Below are positions 50,628-64,000 of a stretch of DNA of 64,000 nucleotides, piece after piece. Location: NCBI RefSeq assembly GCF_030684315.1, contig NC_081357.1, positions 42,829,517 through 42,893,516 on the forward strand, given 5' to 3'. Made by a program: the position numbers and the translations under genes. The notes under the pieces are model-generated. The model worked only from the letters and a program-made list of their open reading frames with translations, ran no database searches and had not been told where the DNA came from. Every line of letters begins with the position of its first letter. The stretch's first letter is position 1. This stretch comes from Stegostoma tigrinum (lineage: Eukaryota).

Positions 50628-51025
50628 ACTGGTGAAAGGGACAGTCCAAGAGACAATTAGTTGGAGAGCAAGATCCTCTGCCAGCTATGCTGAGTAGGAT
50701 AGTATTGTTGACTTTAGGATCCCAACAAGAAAATTGCTTGCTTATGAGAAATGATTATATGAGGCATTTAAAGGCCTGCCTGGTAATTTCTTCGCAATCT
50801 CTGAATGTGAGGAGAAGTTTACTTACAGCCAACATTTTGGCGTCTTTAATTACATCAACTCCCTGGATTCTAACTTTGAAGCGACAGCCACCTGCAGGAA
50901 TGCTGCAGCTCGGGGATCACAAGATTTGATGATCAACCTTTATCATTATTTTGAGTTTTAATTTAGGTTGTCCGTGGTTGTGATCGACAGACACTGCGGG
51001 AGGATAACCTATTGGTAAAACTTAC

Positions 51026-51049
51026 CAGTGATATAATATTGTCTTCTAA
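51026..51049 (-). CDS. Candidate 24-nt micro-exon (phase 0 to 0)
   Basis: Branch-like ctaac followed by ctgttatAG, LEDNIISL, G|GTAAGT. Confidence 0.3.
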
Positions 51050-51402
51050 CTATAACAGGTTAGACAGGACAATAACTAGACAGGATAAAGCTTAGCACAA
51101 GGCTTCATGCTGAAATAATTCCCCATAGAGACTGGTATCATGTGATCTTAGATAACTGATGATTTACACTGTTTATTCACATATTTAAGATGAACCCTTT
51201 ACACTAAATTTGCAGTTTCAATTTCAGTGATCATTTAAATTTCTGCCAGAGATCAACCCTGTGCTTCTTGAACTGATCCACTTCTCCTTGAACACTCTGG
51301 TGGAACAAATGAATGGAAACTTTTATCTTCTGAAATTACTGGAAATGCTGAGTCACAGCCTCAGAGGATCTATAGTCATGAATTCATCTTTCTCTCTCTC
51401 AC

Positions 51403-51529
51403 TTGCTCATTCGCTTTCAGTATTTCTGCTTTCATATCAGCTCTTGGTAAAACCAAACTTTCCACTCCAGGCCCTCTGAGGCTCTGGTTAGTCTGGATTT
51501 CAGTGGCCACAAGCATTTTGAGGGTTACC
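51403..51529 (-). CDS. Candidate 127-nt exon (phase 2 to 0)
   Basis: ttttttctccaaAG, VTLKMLVATEIQTNQ...EILKANEQ, GTGAGA. Confidence 0.4.
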
Positions 51530-51862
51530 CTTTGGAGAAAAAACGGCTTTAAACTGCTGTTTTTAGTCGATGGCACCCATAATGATGTTGATAGTGGTGG
51601 ATTCAGTGATAGTAATGCCATTAAATGCCATGTTCATTCATGCCAATAGTTTTCTGGCTTTCTTTCTTTCCAGAGTGGGGTTCTGATAATTCTTCAGAAT
51701 TCCAACAAAAACATCCATTTTCCTAACACCTGCTTGTTCTCCCCACCCCTCAATTAAATGTATTCATGAGGCACCCTACCCAGTTTCTCGCCAGTTGCCT
51801 CTGACCTGAGTCAGTTCTACAGATATAGTATTGCTCAGCATCTTTACTGGGCACAGAAGTGT

Positions 51863-51955
51863 AAGAAAGGTCTAGGCCTGAAACGTCAGCCTTCCTGCTC
51901 CTCTGATGCTGCTTGGCCTGCTGTGTTCATCCAGCTCCACACCTTGTTATCTCAG
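51863..51955 (+). mobile_element. Solo PLE terminus
   Basis: aagaaaggtctaggcctgaaacgtcagccttcctgctcctctgatgctgc...ttgttatctcag. Confidence 0.85.
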
Positions 51956-53729
51956 TAAAGATTTTAGTTACTTTACACTGGGGAATTTTTAGTAGCTTTT
52001 GTAAGAGTTTGTATCAATTGTAAAGGAATCGATTATAAAGTTTGGATAATTAAACATGTCACATTTTCAGATGTTACCAGCAGCAACGCCAGCGTATGGT
52101 ATTCTGGTTTGGATAGTTTGCATTCCTCCTTTCTGTGTGCTGTGTCTGGAGTCTTTTAGTTATCAATGCTAGAAGATAGGTGACTGGTGCCTCCAAACTG
52201 AAGAGGCACGTGTATTCAATAATAAGATAGATTTATTGCAATAGGTACATTTCACATCTATTTGCTGGACATAATTACTGAGAGATTTCAGGGCTTGTAC
52301 AGAATATGTCAACTTGCTTTGGGTACTTGTGCAGAGCTCAACTATCCCCATCAAAAGCTGTGTGACATTATCAGATTGGGTGGGACTCAATATAATATCG
52401 ATATTAATTCCTTCTGAATTGTCACCACATAAAATGTTTGGGTGACACGATGGCCCTAACTTGGAAGCGTTACCACCAAAAAGGAAATTGAAATACAGGG
52501 GCCATGATGCAGGCAAGAACAGAAAGACCAAGACAAGAGAGGAACTGAAAGTTGAAAAAGTTCCAGAATGAAATGGAGATATTGTGTAGAAGTTCATATT
52601 GTCAGACACTGTTTATAAAGATGCTGCTGGCAGAGAATTGACCAAGATCTTCAAGCAAAGGGACTGGGATTCTGTTTGGAAGAGCTGTAGAGATGAAACT
52701 AGCATCATACAGGAGGAATAGACTAATGTACAAAGTCCATGAGACCATCTTTGTGTTATCCACTTTTCCATATGTAGTATGTTGTTTGCACTGACTGATT
52801 TGCCTATTAACCCTCAATAAATTTGCATCAATTCTGATTTGCATTAAAGTTTCAAAAAGTGAAATCTCCTCTTTTATTTTTATTTCATTTGAATGTTATT
52901 GGGAAAGGTGGCTATTTTGATTTCGAGATCTCCCTGGGGATCACCAGGCATTCATGATGTGCCTTGTTTATCCATGTTTGTACTTTGCTCTTTAGAAGGC
53001 CTGACTCATGTTAGGGCGTGGCTGTGTACTGTATATCAGCTGAGTTGCCATGCTTCAAGCACGTGAATGATAGCAGTCCATCGAGCAAGGGCTGGACTCC
53101 GTTCTACTCTCATCTGATATCCACATAAAGGCAACTTAACAACAATATTCACTGAGTAATTATCGAGACAATAAACTCCAGGTGATTTCTCCTTTAGTCA
53201 AGAGAACACAACACCCAGGCCCAATGTACTTCAATGTCACACCTAAATGTACTTAACACGTTAACATAAATAGATAAGGGCTGACCAAAGGGTAAGTTTG
53301 ATCAGTGGATTGTCAAGTTCTGACATTTCTCCAGAATGGCAAAGCATGTCGGAGGTACAGAAACTGATTTAAAGTTATATAATCGAGCAGATTTTCCCAT
53401 CCTAATTATACCAGAGCTTTTGAATTGATTTACTGTGGGACAAGCCAAAATATACTGGTAAGTTAACCGGCTAAGAGATAGGAACAGGCAGATGAAGTGA
53501 GAAAGTAGAGGTTTTGCTGCTAGGGATGTCCTTGGCTACTGCGGGGATCCTCAGTGGACCACAGAATGCTCAATGGGGAAAATCGTACTAAGTGCCTCAG
53601 AACTTCAACAAGTTGAAAGTCAGGTGTGTGCATGATGCAGTTTGGAGGATGGAGCTCACGCCCTAGTTTAGCCCATTCTGATTTGAACGCCCAGCCGCGA
53701 TGAAGGACAGAGACCCACACAAGGTAAAG

Positions 53730-55365
53730 AGTGTGCATTATGGAAAAGAGGAGGGAACACTGTGAGGCCAAAGGGAGGCAACATGGCCAGGAGGAGAACA
53801 ACAAGTAAGGTCGACCATATGGAGGACATACCAGGATATGACAGAAATCTACTCCAGAAGGAAGCACAAGTTAGCTTGGAAATTGTTCAGATATATATGC
53901 CGTGGTACAATAACTCTCCAGCCTACTAATCTAGAGGACCAGGCTAATGCTTTGCCAATATCATGATAGCTAGTTGAATTTACATTCAGTTAGTGAATGT
54001 TGAATATGAAGTCTCTAAGGTAGTGCCATGATGACCATCATTTGTTCTAAAAGAATGTATTTGCTGACATCAAAGCATGTAAGCTCAGCATCAATTTAAA
54101 TGCTGTGTGCACATACAATCAGCTTGGGGGGAGTGCCCTAGGGGAGCATGGAGAGAGGTCAGGACTTAGGGGAATGCATGGGGGAGAGGAGTGAATCAAG
54201 ACCAAGGAGGTTGGGGGAGGGATCAGGATGGGGGACCCCTGTCCAATTTCTCCATCTTGCCCCACCCTCTCAGCTATCACTTCTCCTTTCACCAGCCCCG
54301 TTTATTCCTTTTCTCTCCCCTCCTCTGCCTCATTCTTTCTCTGTTGCTTTTGCCCACCCCTCCTTGTTTATTCTCCACCCCCACCCTGAGCCCTGTTCAC
54401 TCCCCAGCCCCATCTGATTCCCATTTCAACGTGGTATCTTTCTGTACACATACACAGTGGGGACTTTGCACATGCCACAGTGCCATAGAAGATCTGGAAT
54501 GGTGTGCTTGCATATTCTGAATGATTATCTGTATGTAGTTACAGCTTAAGCAGCAGACACTGCCATTCTAAACACCCACTTGGGTCATTAAGGTGTTTAG
54601 GCAAAGGAAACCTACCATGTTTATGTAATCTGCCTACGGTAGCTCAGTGGTCAGAACTGCTGCCTCACAGCACCAGGAAACTGGCTTCAATCTACCCTCA
54701 GCCAACTGTCTGTGTGGAGTTTGCATGTTCTCCCCGAGTCTGCGTATGTTTCCTCTGGGTGCTCTGGTTTCCTCCAACAGTCCAAAGATGTGCAGGTTAG
54801 GTGGATTGGCCATCGGAAATGATGTGTTACAGCGATAGGGTGGGGATTGGGGCTGGGGATGGTTGGGACTCGATGGGCTGAATGGCCTGCTTCCACAGTG
54901 TAGGGATTTTATGATTGTGCTTGTGACTCCCAAAATCATAGCAATATGATTTACTCTTAACAGTCATCTGAAAAAGCCTAGCAAGCCCCTCAGATCAAGT
55001 GCAACTAGGGTTGTGAAACAAATTCTGGCTTTGCCATGCATCATCAAAAAATGCACACATATTTACGTAAGGATATATATCTGTGACCACAGTCTGCTGA
55101 TCTGCATTCTCTGCTCACACTGGCTCTATATTTTTATGTTGTTGACTCGTTTTGACGCTCACTTGGAGATCTGTGGGGCATCTCACAAATAACAACGCAC
55201 CATTACTTGTAGGCAGTCCCAGATGTCTTCTTTGGTTGAGTGGGCGTGCACATACATGTTTCATGTCACAGATTCAGCGAGCAGGGGCTCTGCTAAATAA
55301 GTTAAACTAGCAGACTTCCCTCACTACAGGGACCATTGACGACATCCACATTGCTATAAAGAGTG
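53730..55365 (+). mobile_element. PIF/Harbinger transposase relic, split by later insertions
   Basis: RTYQDMTEIYSRR at ~53820. LTLALYF...SLGDLWGISQ...AVPDVFF at ~55110-55235 and GTIDDIHIAIK at ~55330-55360 (cf. the GAIDxTHI motif). Confidence 0.7.
54636..54915 (+). mobile_element. HE1-type V-SINE
   Basis: tRNA head, V-domain 'tgtgtggagtttgcatgttctcccc...ggtttcctcc..cagtccaaagatgtgcaggttaggtggattggccat' and CR1-like tail 'gggctgaatggcctgcttcc...tgtagggattttatgatt'. Confidence 0.9.
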
Positions 55366-56099
55366 ATTGAGTGAGGTGGGGTTGATTGACTTCCCTGCTC
55401 TCACTTCAAGCATCTTTTACCTCCCATCAAGATGGTGAAAAAGGTGCCAGGATGGAGGAATAATTGCAAGTTCTAGTCCTGGTGAAATAGTCGTCTACTC
55501 CTTGCCACATGAACAATTAAACACTGGGTGAGAAAATCCAGCACAACAATAACTCAGGCCTTCATGTATCAATGCTGAGCCCCTTGAGGGCTTCACTAAT
55601 CACACCCGCCACCAACCCAAGTAACCTGCCCTCCCACAAAGCAAGAAAACTGGCTGTCATCCTGATTGGAAAACAGTTGCACTCCTGACAACCTGGGGAG
55701 TTAGAGGATGGGGTCCTGAAAGGGCAAATGTTTTTGGCTGGTTTCCTAATAAATGAGGATTGGAATGCAAGGATATGATCTGTGAAAGCCAACTTTACCC
55801 TTGCCTCCATTTCCCCTTATCAGTCTCTCCCAGTGGCCCCAGGAAAGAGCTATTGACTGGATCTCAACCAACAATGTTTATAAGGGGCCGGCCTCTGATT
55901 GGTCAGCAATCTCCCATATTTTGGAGGTTGGCAATTGGCTGAGCAGCTCGATGTCCTGCTCTTAACAATCCAATTGGTTTCTGATAAGGGTGGATCTCTC
56001 AGAGGTCACCGTTGACCTCACTCACCCTCACAAGTTACTGTTTGGAGAATCACAGCCCTTCACTTGTTTGACTGCAACGGGTTTCTCATTTTAAAAGTA

Positions 56100-56620
56100 T
56101 TTTTTTTAATTGATTCATAAGGGTATCACTGACTGAGACAGCATTCACTGCCTATGTCTGGTAATCCTTGAGCAGGTGGTAGTAAGCTGCCTTCTTGTAC
56201 CACTGCTGCCCATTTGGTGCCATCATACCAGCAACATCACTAGGAAGGGCATTCCAGGATTTTGACCCACAATGCTGAAGCCACAGCAAATATAGTTCCC
56301 AAGTAAGGATGGAGAATGACTTGATGGAGAACTTGCAGGTAATGGTGCTTCCATGTATGTGCTGCCTTTGTCGTTCTGATAGCAGTGATCGTGGCTTCGG
56401 AAGGTGCTGTCTAAGGAACACACTGCTGTTAATGACAATTGGTGGTGGAGGGAGTGAATGTTTGTGGAACAAATGCACTGCATTGTCCTCGACGGTTTCA
56501 AGCTTCTTGAGTGTTGTTGGAGGTACATCCATTCAGGCAAGTATTACATCACATTCTTGACTTAGGGCTTATAGTTGGTGAAGAGGCTTTGGGGAAATCA
56601 GGATGTGAGTTACCACCAAC
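56100..56620 (-). mobile_element. CR1-group LINE 3' end
   Basis: Reverse complement of the tail family seen at 37260-37545; minus ORF GSKSWNALP...KKAAYYHLLK. Confidence 0.75.
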
Positions 56621-56899
56621 GTTAATTGTCACTTGTCAGTCTTAAACATTTATATGCTGTAAACATCAAGAGGACCCGTCAGGATTTCTTGAGTTAAACA
56701 ATTAAAGATGTTGGGCTGTTATACTTGACTCAATTTTTTAAAAAATGAAGTCTGCATGGACTTTTGTACACAAAAGCACAGATCGCGTATGACACAAGTG
56801 AGCAGATTACAGAGTAGGGATGAATATATTAACCAAATTAGAGCCCATAAACAAGTAGGAAAGTTTACAGTCAGTGGGAAATGACTTAGTTGATTCTAT

Positions 56900-59540
56900 C
56901 TGGTGGTTTTCTGCTTTAACCATTGAAGTAGAATCGAGACTAAAGCTTTAACATCTGAGGAGAACATGAAAGATGAGGAACAGGCAAATCTTGTCCGTCC
57001 TCATATTCTGACACAATGGAGAAGCGGAGCCAATGGAAGCCCACTGGAGTGACAAGGGAAAACATAAAGCCATAGCAGATCCTTCTCAGGCAGAAAATCT
57101 GTTCATTCAGAGTCAATTCCCCTCAGCTCTTAAAACATCACCAATTACATCAGCTTGATCACTATTGAGCATCTTACACATATTAAACTGTTAGCATAGA
57201 AAGTCAAGAATAATGACAGTATTGATGTGAGATGGCCATGAGAGGGATATCAGCTGAATATTTTGTTGAATCACGCCATGCCAAAAAGCAGTTTGGTCTG
57301 GTCAAGTTGGTGGATAATAAATAGTTTGTGTCAGTTAAAAGGATAACTGCAGAAGATCTCATCAAGTAGACATAATTTGTCAAATAAACTCCAGCAGATG
57401 CTACAAAATCATGACTTTCACAGACCTATGTGAAGGGGCTCCAAATGGCGATACAAAAATAAAACTCTCAAAAATTATGTCAAGTGTCTATAATAACAGC
57501 AGACACGTGCTGAGAGAACACATTACTCTGAAAGCCAATACAATGACAAGAATGAATATCTCGAGTTCCAGATCACAGACAGAATCCAAAAGCCACCTCA
57601 CTCAGCTGGAGCAAATCTGAACCTGAGACTCATAACCTTTAATGTGTCAAGAGATTAACATGTCACAGAGCATTCAGCCAATGACCGCAGTAGAGATCTT
57701 GGACAATACAGCAATGTTTTTACAAGATTTGAATACCTTACTGGAGACTATCATCTCAAAGTAATTTTATTCCAAATGCAAAGGAAAATTCTTTACAACG
57801 CTGAATATGAAGGATAGTTACTGACAAGTGAAGCTTAATGAAAATAGCAGTTTTCAAATTATATTTTAGATTATGTTTGGGGCATACAGATAGTTGCACA
57901 TGTTGTTGGCATCTCCATGGGCTCCAGAGAAATATCAACACAGATTATGTAAGATAGTTTGTTATCTGCCTAAAATGAAAACTATAGTGGGCAGATTGTG
58001 TATGTAGAGACACAATGAAAGAAACTATTGCTGACCACGATCAAATAGCTAGTGAGACTGTTGGACAGGGCTCACCAGATGGTCCTGAAGCTGAACAGGA
58101 AGAAATTGTATTTAAGGTGACCAAAGTCAAGAACATTGCTCAGGTTCTGGAAGCAAAATGTCTCAATCCTGCCTGTGTGAAAGATGTAGCAGCTGTGCAG
58201 CAACAAACTAATGTAAAAACAGTGTAATGCTTTATTGTTCTTCTTTAATTACTTAGAAAATGTCTTTCCCAATTTGTTATCAGAGGGTGTATAATTACAC
58301 CAATTCACTGCCACGGATGGATACTGATATTGGGACATGGAACAAGAAGCAGCGATTACTAACATTAAGCAACTAATAATAACAATGCCAAAGCTGAAAT
58401 GCTATGCTGAGATGATGATGTTAACCCGTAATGTCACAGCAGCAAGACAGAACTTGTAACAACACAAACGGCAGTTAGCAAACCAGTTGCATTTGGATCC
58501 AGAACTTTAATACAAACAGAATAATGTTATGATCAGATCAAAAAGAGTTCCTGGTCATCATCTTCATGGACCTTTTTGTCACTATCAATTCAGGAGAGAC
58601 AAAGTGACAGTTAAGTCTGACTATTAGCCACTGAATGCATTTTCCATAAGGTTTCAGCTCCAAAGTGCCTGCAAAGAATGTTACTCCACTTACAGAGATA
58701 CTATTTGGACATGACATGCAGATGCACATCACTGGCCTATCCTGAAGAGTAATATGCCCTATGAAGAAAGGGAGGATGCCACAAAAGTGTGTAAAATCTT
58801 CCAAATCCAACAAGAAGCATCAGTTTAACATTCAAGTCTCGATCCAACAAAGACGATCAAGCTTAGAGACAAACATCTTGCTCAGATCAAGCAAACTACC
58901 CAACTAGTTGCAACTTTACAAATGTTGGGAGAAGTGGTGATGAAAGATGGCCTGTAAGTATCATGGACTCTACTTGACCACAAGAGCACAAGGAGATGAA
59001 TTTATACCCCATGGTGGTGTGTTGTACAAAAGAAATAATGTCATTATCACAAAGGGGTTGAGAGGAGAGATGCAAAAGTGCATTCCTTCAAGCTACCAAG
59101 GAACTGAGTCAGCTCTGACATGTTCTACAGATCACATCAAGGAGCGCATCAGCCATGATGATGTGAACAAGTTGATATTGTCAGATGCCCATATCTGTTG
59201 CTCTGGATGTACAGCCTATGTTGTTCAGGTTCTGTATATTAAATGTCCTCTGTGTGTAATGAGTGTACAAAGACTGACAAGAATAACAAACTGCTCTTTC
59301 ATGAAATTAGGCGTGTGCACAAGAGGTAGCTTTGTTAACTCAAAATATAAATGGTGTATGGAAAGGGAGATATTTGAAATAAAAATGAAATAATGTACCA
59401 ATTTGTTTCTGGCTTGCCACACTTATATGACCTTTACCATGAGTGGTACATAAATTGAGGGTATGCATTTTGTAACCAGTTAAATAAAGACATAGTGTAG
59501 GCTATGGTGTCTTGGTTTGAACATATAACTTATGAACTAC
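56900..59540 (+). mobile_element. Decayed Gypsy LTR retrotransposon (gag, RT, RNase H, integrase N-terminus, probable PPT and 3' LTR)
   Basis: KFFTTLNMKDSY*QVKLNENSSF...FGAYR...APEKYQ (RT); KPVAFGSRTLIQTE and APKCLQRMLLHLQRY (RNase H); DEFIPHGGVLYKRNNVIITKGLRGEMQ (pre-integrase). Purine run ggaaagggaga at ~59359. Confidence 0.85.
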
Positions 59541-59621
59541 ATTTTGCAATGAAAGGTCCATGATGGGACATCACTTGTACTTTTGTTAACCAGATTAACA
59601 ACTATAACTGCTAATTCTCAC

Positions 59622-59899
59622 CTGGCTTTTTGTTTATGTCTCCTTTCAAGAGCAGAGACATCTCCATTCAGCTCAAACCCAAACTGAGTCACTGTAACCC
59701 TCACTGGAGCAGTCTCAACATGTCCACTACTTCTGGCTTTGGTGGGCCCAATTCCAGCGCAACCTGCCCCAATACCCCTCTTCTGAAGTGAAAATCCAAC
59801 TGTTTGGGCATTCGAGGTTGGGTCTGTGCAATTGCCTTGGGAGCAAAAATTCAGGACCACGTCTGGCAACTGCTTCCCTGTCGCTTTCTCAATCCTCAT
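59622..59899 (-). CDS. Candidate first coding exon of the minus-strand gene model
   Basis: ATG at 59899, MRIEKATGKQLPDVV...ALERRHKQKA, donor AG|GTGAGA (phase 2). Acceptor-like sites lie upstream. Confidence 0.45.
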
Positions 59900-62800
59900 A
59901 CCTACATGCCCATTGTCCTGCTGTACTACAAATTAAAGTGGGTTTTGATAGCCTTTGTAAGCCTTCGAATGCTTGCTACAGTCAAAAAAATCTTTAAAAA
60001 TGGCTTCCAATTTTAAGTGATTAGAACATCCAAAGTTAAAAATTGTATGTCATTGGGAATTGCCATTTTCTGCATTTGCTAAGAAAGGGTATTCCAAAAA
60101 CATGGAAATGTTAAGTCAATATCCACACCCAATTAAAAAAAAGTTACCTGCTACTTTGGATAGTATTTTGCAATATTGTGATAAAGGTCTGTTTTTAAGA
60201 TCAGTTCACCAAGTAATAAAAACTTATGGAGCTGATTCAACAGTGCATGAAAACTATACTGAGCATTTTTATCTTTATAATGCTGATGCACTATAATCTT
60301 TGGAAAAAGACAAGATAAAAAGAATGAACAATACTATTGTGATCTAATTAAGGATCGATTGTCTTTGTCTCAGTTCAAATAGTTTACTGCATAGGAGCAG
60401 GCCATTTGGGCCAACAGGACGATTCTGCTTCCTATGGTCCAAATGAACAAGCCCCACCCCAAACCTGCTTCATTCAACCCCAACAACCCTAGCCAATGCA
60501 TTTGAGCTGTTCACTTCCACTACACACTTAATAATTGTTAGAATGATGTATATAATTTTTAAATAGTTGTGTTAACCTTCTCTGTAAATAAATTTAATTT
60601 CATATTTTGGAGATTTTTTATGGATTTGTTCACAAAAGTTTAAAAACTGAGCTGTTCTTTGCCTATTTGCTCTCAATCAGCTTGCAATTGAGATCCCTAC
60701 ATTTTCATTGAGTTTGCTTTCCCAATCCAGCTTAACATTCACATTCTCACATGATAAAAGGCACATGTGCTCATAATCTACATATTGGAAAAAGGATCAC
60801 ATAAACCATAGAAGTGTGCTACCATTAACAACTCCTACCATTTGGGAAAAAGACTACTGTTGGCTGACTGGGATTTACCATTCCATACTGGCCTCAAAGT
60901 TGTTTGGCGGCTATTTCTACTGGTCCACGAAAGCTGTTTCATCCTTCTGGGGTAGTAGGTTTTATGACACTTGCCTGGGTATGGTGGACAGTGGGCCAGC
61001 AGAACCATGGGAAATACAACACAGATATCAGAGCAGAATAGGTCTTTAATTGTTGTCACCAGGGAAGGGGATTGGCAATCCCTTGTAACCTATCCTAAAA
61101 TCTAGAAGCCTTCAATTAAAATTTCCCTCACGTGACAATAATGCAAACAAAAAATCCTTTCCAAATCTGCAGCCTGACGAATTTATCACAGGATAAGCCA
61201 AGAAGTGAGAAACAAACATGTAAATAAGTGTGTGCTTGAAAGGCCTGGATTGAGATGGAAGTTGCTGTTTAGCTGGGAGGCGTCGGTATAGTGGTAATGT
61301 CACTAGCCTAGTAATACACAACGCTAGGCCATGGCAGATGGTAACATCTGAATTCAATAAAAATCTGGAACTTAAAAGCACTGTATAATTGTGTAAAAAT
61401 GCCCCTTAGGGAAAGAAATCTGCCATCATTACCTCTTGGCCTATATGTCTTTGACCTCACTAGCAATACCATATCCTATGAATAAAAGAAAAATGCACTC
61501 TTGGCCCAGGATAAATAACTAATGGCTCCAGCATCTCATCACCAAAGGCTTTGTTACCCAGGATGCACATTAAGCACATTAACTAGCCATGATAACTAAA
61601 ATGTGAATTAAAATAGCTTCTTTATTTATTCAGTTTTCTGTCTTTATATTCTATGATTTGGTTATTTTTCTGTGTTTTAAGATGGTGCTGGAGACTGGTG
61701 ACACTATATATTTTATAACATTATATGCGTGACAATAAATCAAATCAAATCAAAATTAATAATCAGACCTTCTTCCCACAAAATGTGATAATGTGGCAGA
61801 CAAATACTAGGACACGGTACACATTATCATTTTAATGAACTTAATTTCTGAGCCTGGCACTAATGAAACAGAAATCAGATAAATTGGGAAGTAAGAAGAA
61901 CGGCCTTGTGAAGACCTACATCATTCAAACTCCATAAATCTTCTCAGAGAGTAATCTTCTAAGTGTTAGTACTCTATGGAATTAAATATGCTTTCAGCAG
62001 TGTTTTGTAGGAGTTTGGTCGAATACAGAATATGCTACTTAATCACTATTAATCAAAAGCCTGGCTTAAAGATCTAGAGGTGCGTGTTCAAATTTCACTC
62101 TGAGAACAGGAGAACTTGAATACAATTAATTAAATCAAATCTGAAATAAAATGTTAGCACCAGTAAAGATGCCCAGTAAAAATGACCGGATTATTATGAA
62201 AAGGTGCATGGTAAACCAATGGCTTTTAGGGAAAGAAAACTCTATCCTTTGTCAATATAACAATATGCAAATGGAGGTGGGCAATAAATGTCTTGCCAGT
62301 AAAATTCACAAAACACGAAGGACAGCTTTACAATATTCTCAAAAACAGTGACTGTTTTTGAACAGATACCATGGTAGCTTCTGATGTGCGCACTCAAAAG
62401 CAGTCTTTCAAATTGCCCAGAATCAGCTTTGGAAGTTTCCAAATGTCACTATGCTTGTCAGAAGTGAAATGAAAAAGAAAATTACTTCCTAATGTCATCA
62501 TTATCTTTCTGAGGTGTACTGAAGTGAGAAACTCCACTTTATGGATTTACTCAGCCATTACAGAATGAACTTTTTGCACTCCCTCAACAGAATGGAAAGG
62601 TTAACAGAGAGAGTGGTTCTATAGTATACTGCAGTGGAAATGGGAAAAGAGAAGTGAAGCTGAGAAAACCAATTCCCACATTTTTCATACAGGCACCAGA
62701 AGAGCACACTTGACCTTATCAAGCCTCAGCACTCTACTGACCATTGTACAATCACACCATCAAAGTCCCATTATATTTCTGGCAGGAGGGATACAACACG

Positions 62801-63309
62801 ACAAGAATTGAGCATTCTCTTCCTGTTTTTACCTTTTACATTCCCCATTCTTGCTGGATGCAAACAGTTAAAAGCAGGACTTGAGAGTTTTTTGCTCAGG
62901 TGATCTGGGCCTGACGTATGGTGGGATGCAGATTCCAGAGGTCATTGGGTTTGGGAAGTAGAAATAGTTGGAGATTATATCCCGCTTCTCTTGACATTCT
63001 GTTGTTTCCTACTCTAATTATCAGGAAGGCATGCCACAAGGCCCTCACGTAACTCACCTTGCCCCCTTATTGGGATAAGAAGGTGAAATTATGGAAGGAT
63101 GAAAAATGTGCACAAGACATAATTCTCAGGGCTACCACAACATGGCAGTGAATTCAGTCTCAGCCAATTGTTCCTTCGGAGGACCAACATTGACATTATG
63201 GGCTAAATGTCCTCATTCGGTTCTACAACCATTCTATTCTTCATAGACTCAATTTACAATTCACTTAGCTGTAACAATCTAAACATAGACAAATGCTTAC
63301 TACAGATTT

Positions 63310-64000
63310 CTTTTTTATTCTTTAATGGGATGTAGGAATCACTGGCAAGACCAGAATTTGTTAACCATCCCTCACTGTCCTGAAAAAAGATAGCTATGAG
63401 CAACCTTCTTGAACCCTTACAGTACATGTGATACAGGAACACCCACAATACTGTTATAGAGGGAATTCCAGGATGGTGACCCAATGGCAGTGAAGTCATG
63501 GCAATATAGTTCTAGTTCTGGATGGCATATGGCTCAGATTCAAACTTGCAAGTGATAGTGTTCTTATATGATTTCTAACCTTGTTCTTCTGGGTGATAGA
63601 GGTCACAAGTTTGGAAGGTCCTGATGAAAGAGTTTTAGCAAGTTATTGAAGTGCATCATAAAGATGGTACACACTTCTGCCACTATACATTGGTGGTGAA
63701 GAGAGTGAGTGACTAAAATCTATGGCAGTGAAGTGACCTGCTTTGTTCTGAATGTGTTGCTGGAGCCATACCCATGCAGATAATGGAAAGTTTTTCATTG
63801 CACTCTTGAATTGGGGAGTGATCGAGGAGACAGGAGGTGAGCTACTCTTTGCAGGATTCCTAGTCTCTGTTCCTAGTTTTCGAGACACCATGTTTATATG
63901 ACTAGTCCAGTTCAATTTCTGGCTAGTGGTAATACCCAGAATGTTAACAGTGGGGAATTCAGCATGGTCCATTCTTGTTGGAGATGGTTGTTATATGACA
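63310..64000 (-). mobile_element. CR1-group LINE 3' region
   Basis: Minus ORF TVNILGITTSQKLNWTSHIN; reversed tail at ~63310-63380. Confidence 0.75.

Noticed and set aside
54636-54700. tRNA gene
   Set aside because: It is the decayed tRNA-derived head of an HE1-type SINE, with no intact cloverleaf.
57940-58860. Apparent scrambled domain order in the Gypsy relic
   Set aside because: Closer reading gives the normal RT, connection, RNase H, integrase order with frameshifts.

Overview
Eukaryotic, intron- and repeat-rich DNA, most likely from a shark (elasmobranch). The basis is an HE1-type V-SINE, DeuSINE/SacSINE1-like SINEs and CR1-group LINEs. There are no prokaryotic operons, rRNA, tRNA genes or CRISPR arrays. 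The window is dominated by retroelements. Four 5'-truncated copies of a young Penelope-like element (Neptune-type: RT, Cys linker, GIY-YIG) each end in a minimal hammerhead-ribozyme motif. Many short, often fold-back (inverted) PLE-terminus-only inserts from at least four sequence families are present, several with ~14-17 bp target-site duplications. Older relics include three decayed Gypsy elements, PIF/Harbinger fragments, CR1-group LINEs and SINEs. Host genes are only tentatively visible: a + strand terminal exon at 2709-2839 and a hand-built, phase-consistent 10-exon - strand model (59899 to 13710) that I cannot name. The most notable signals are the hammerhead-bearing fold-back PLE mini-elements, the near-fixed TSD length, two unusual local duplications and a periodic CSL/RBPJ-like motif cluster. 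Family names come from recalled motifs, not database searches.
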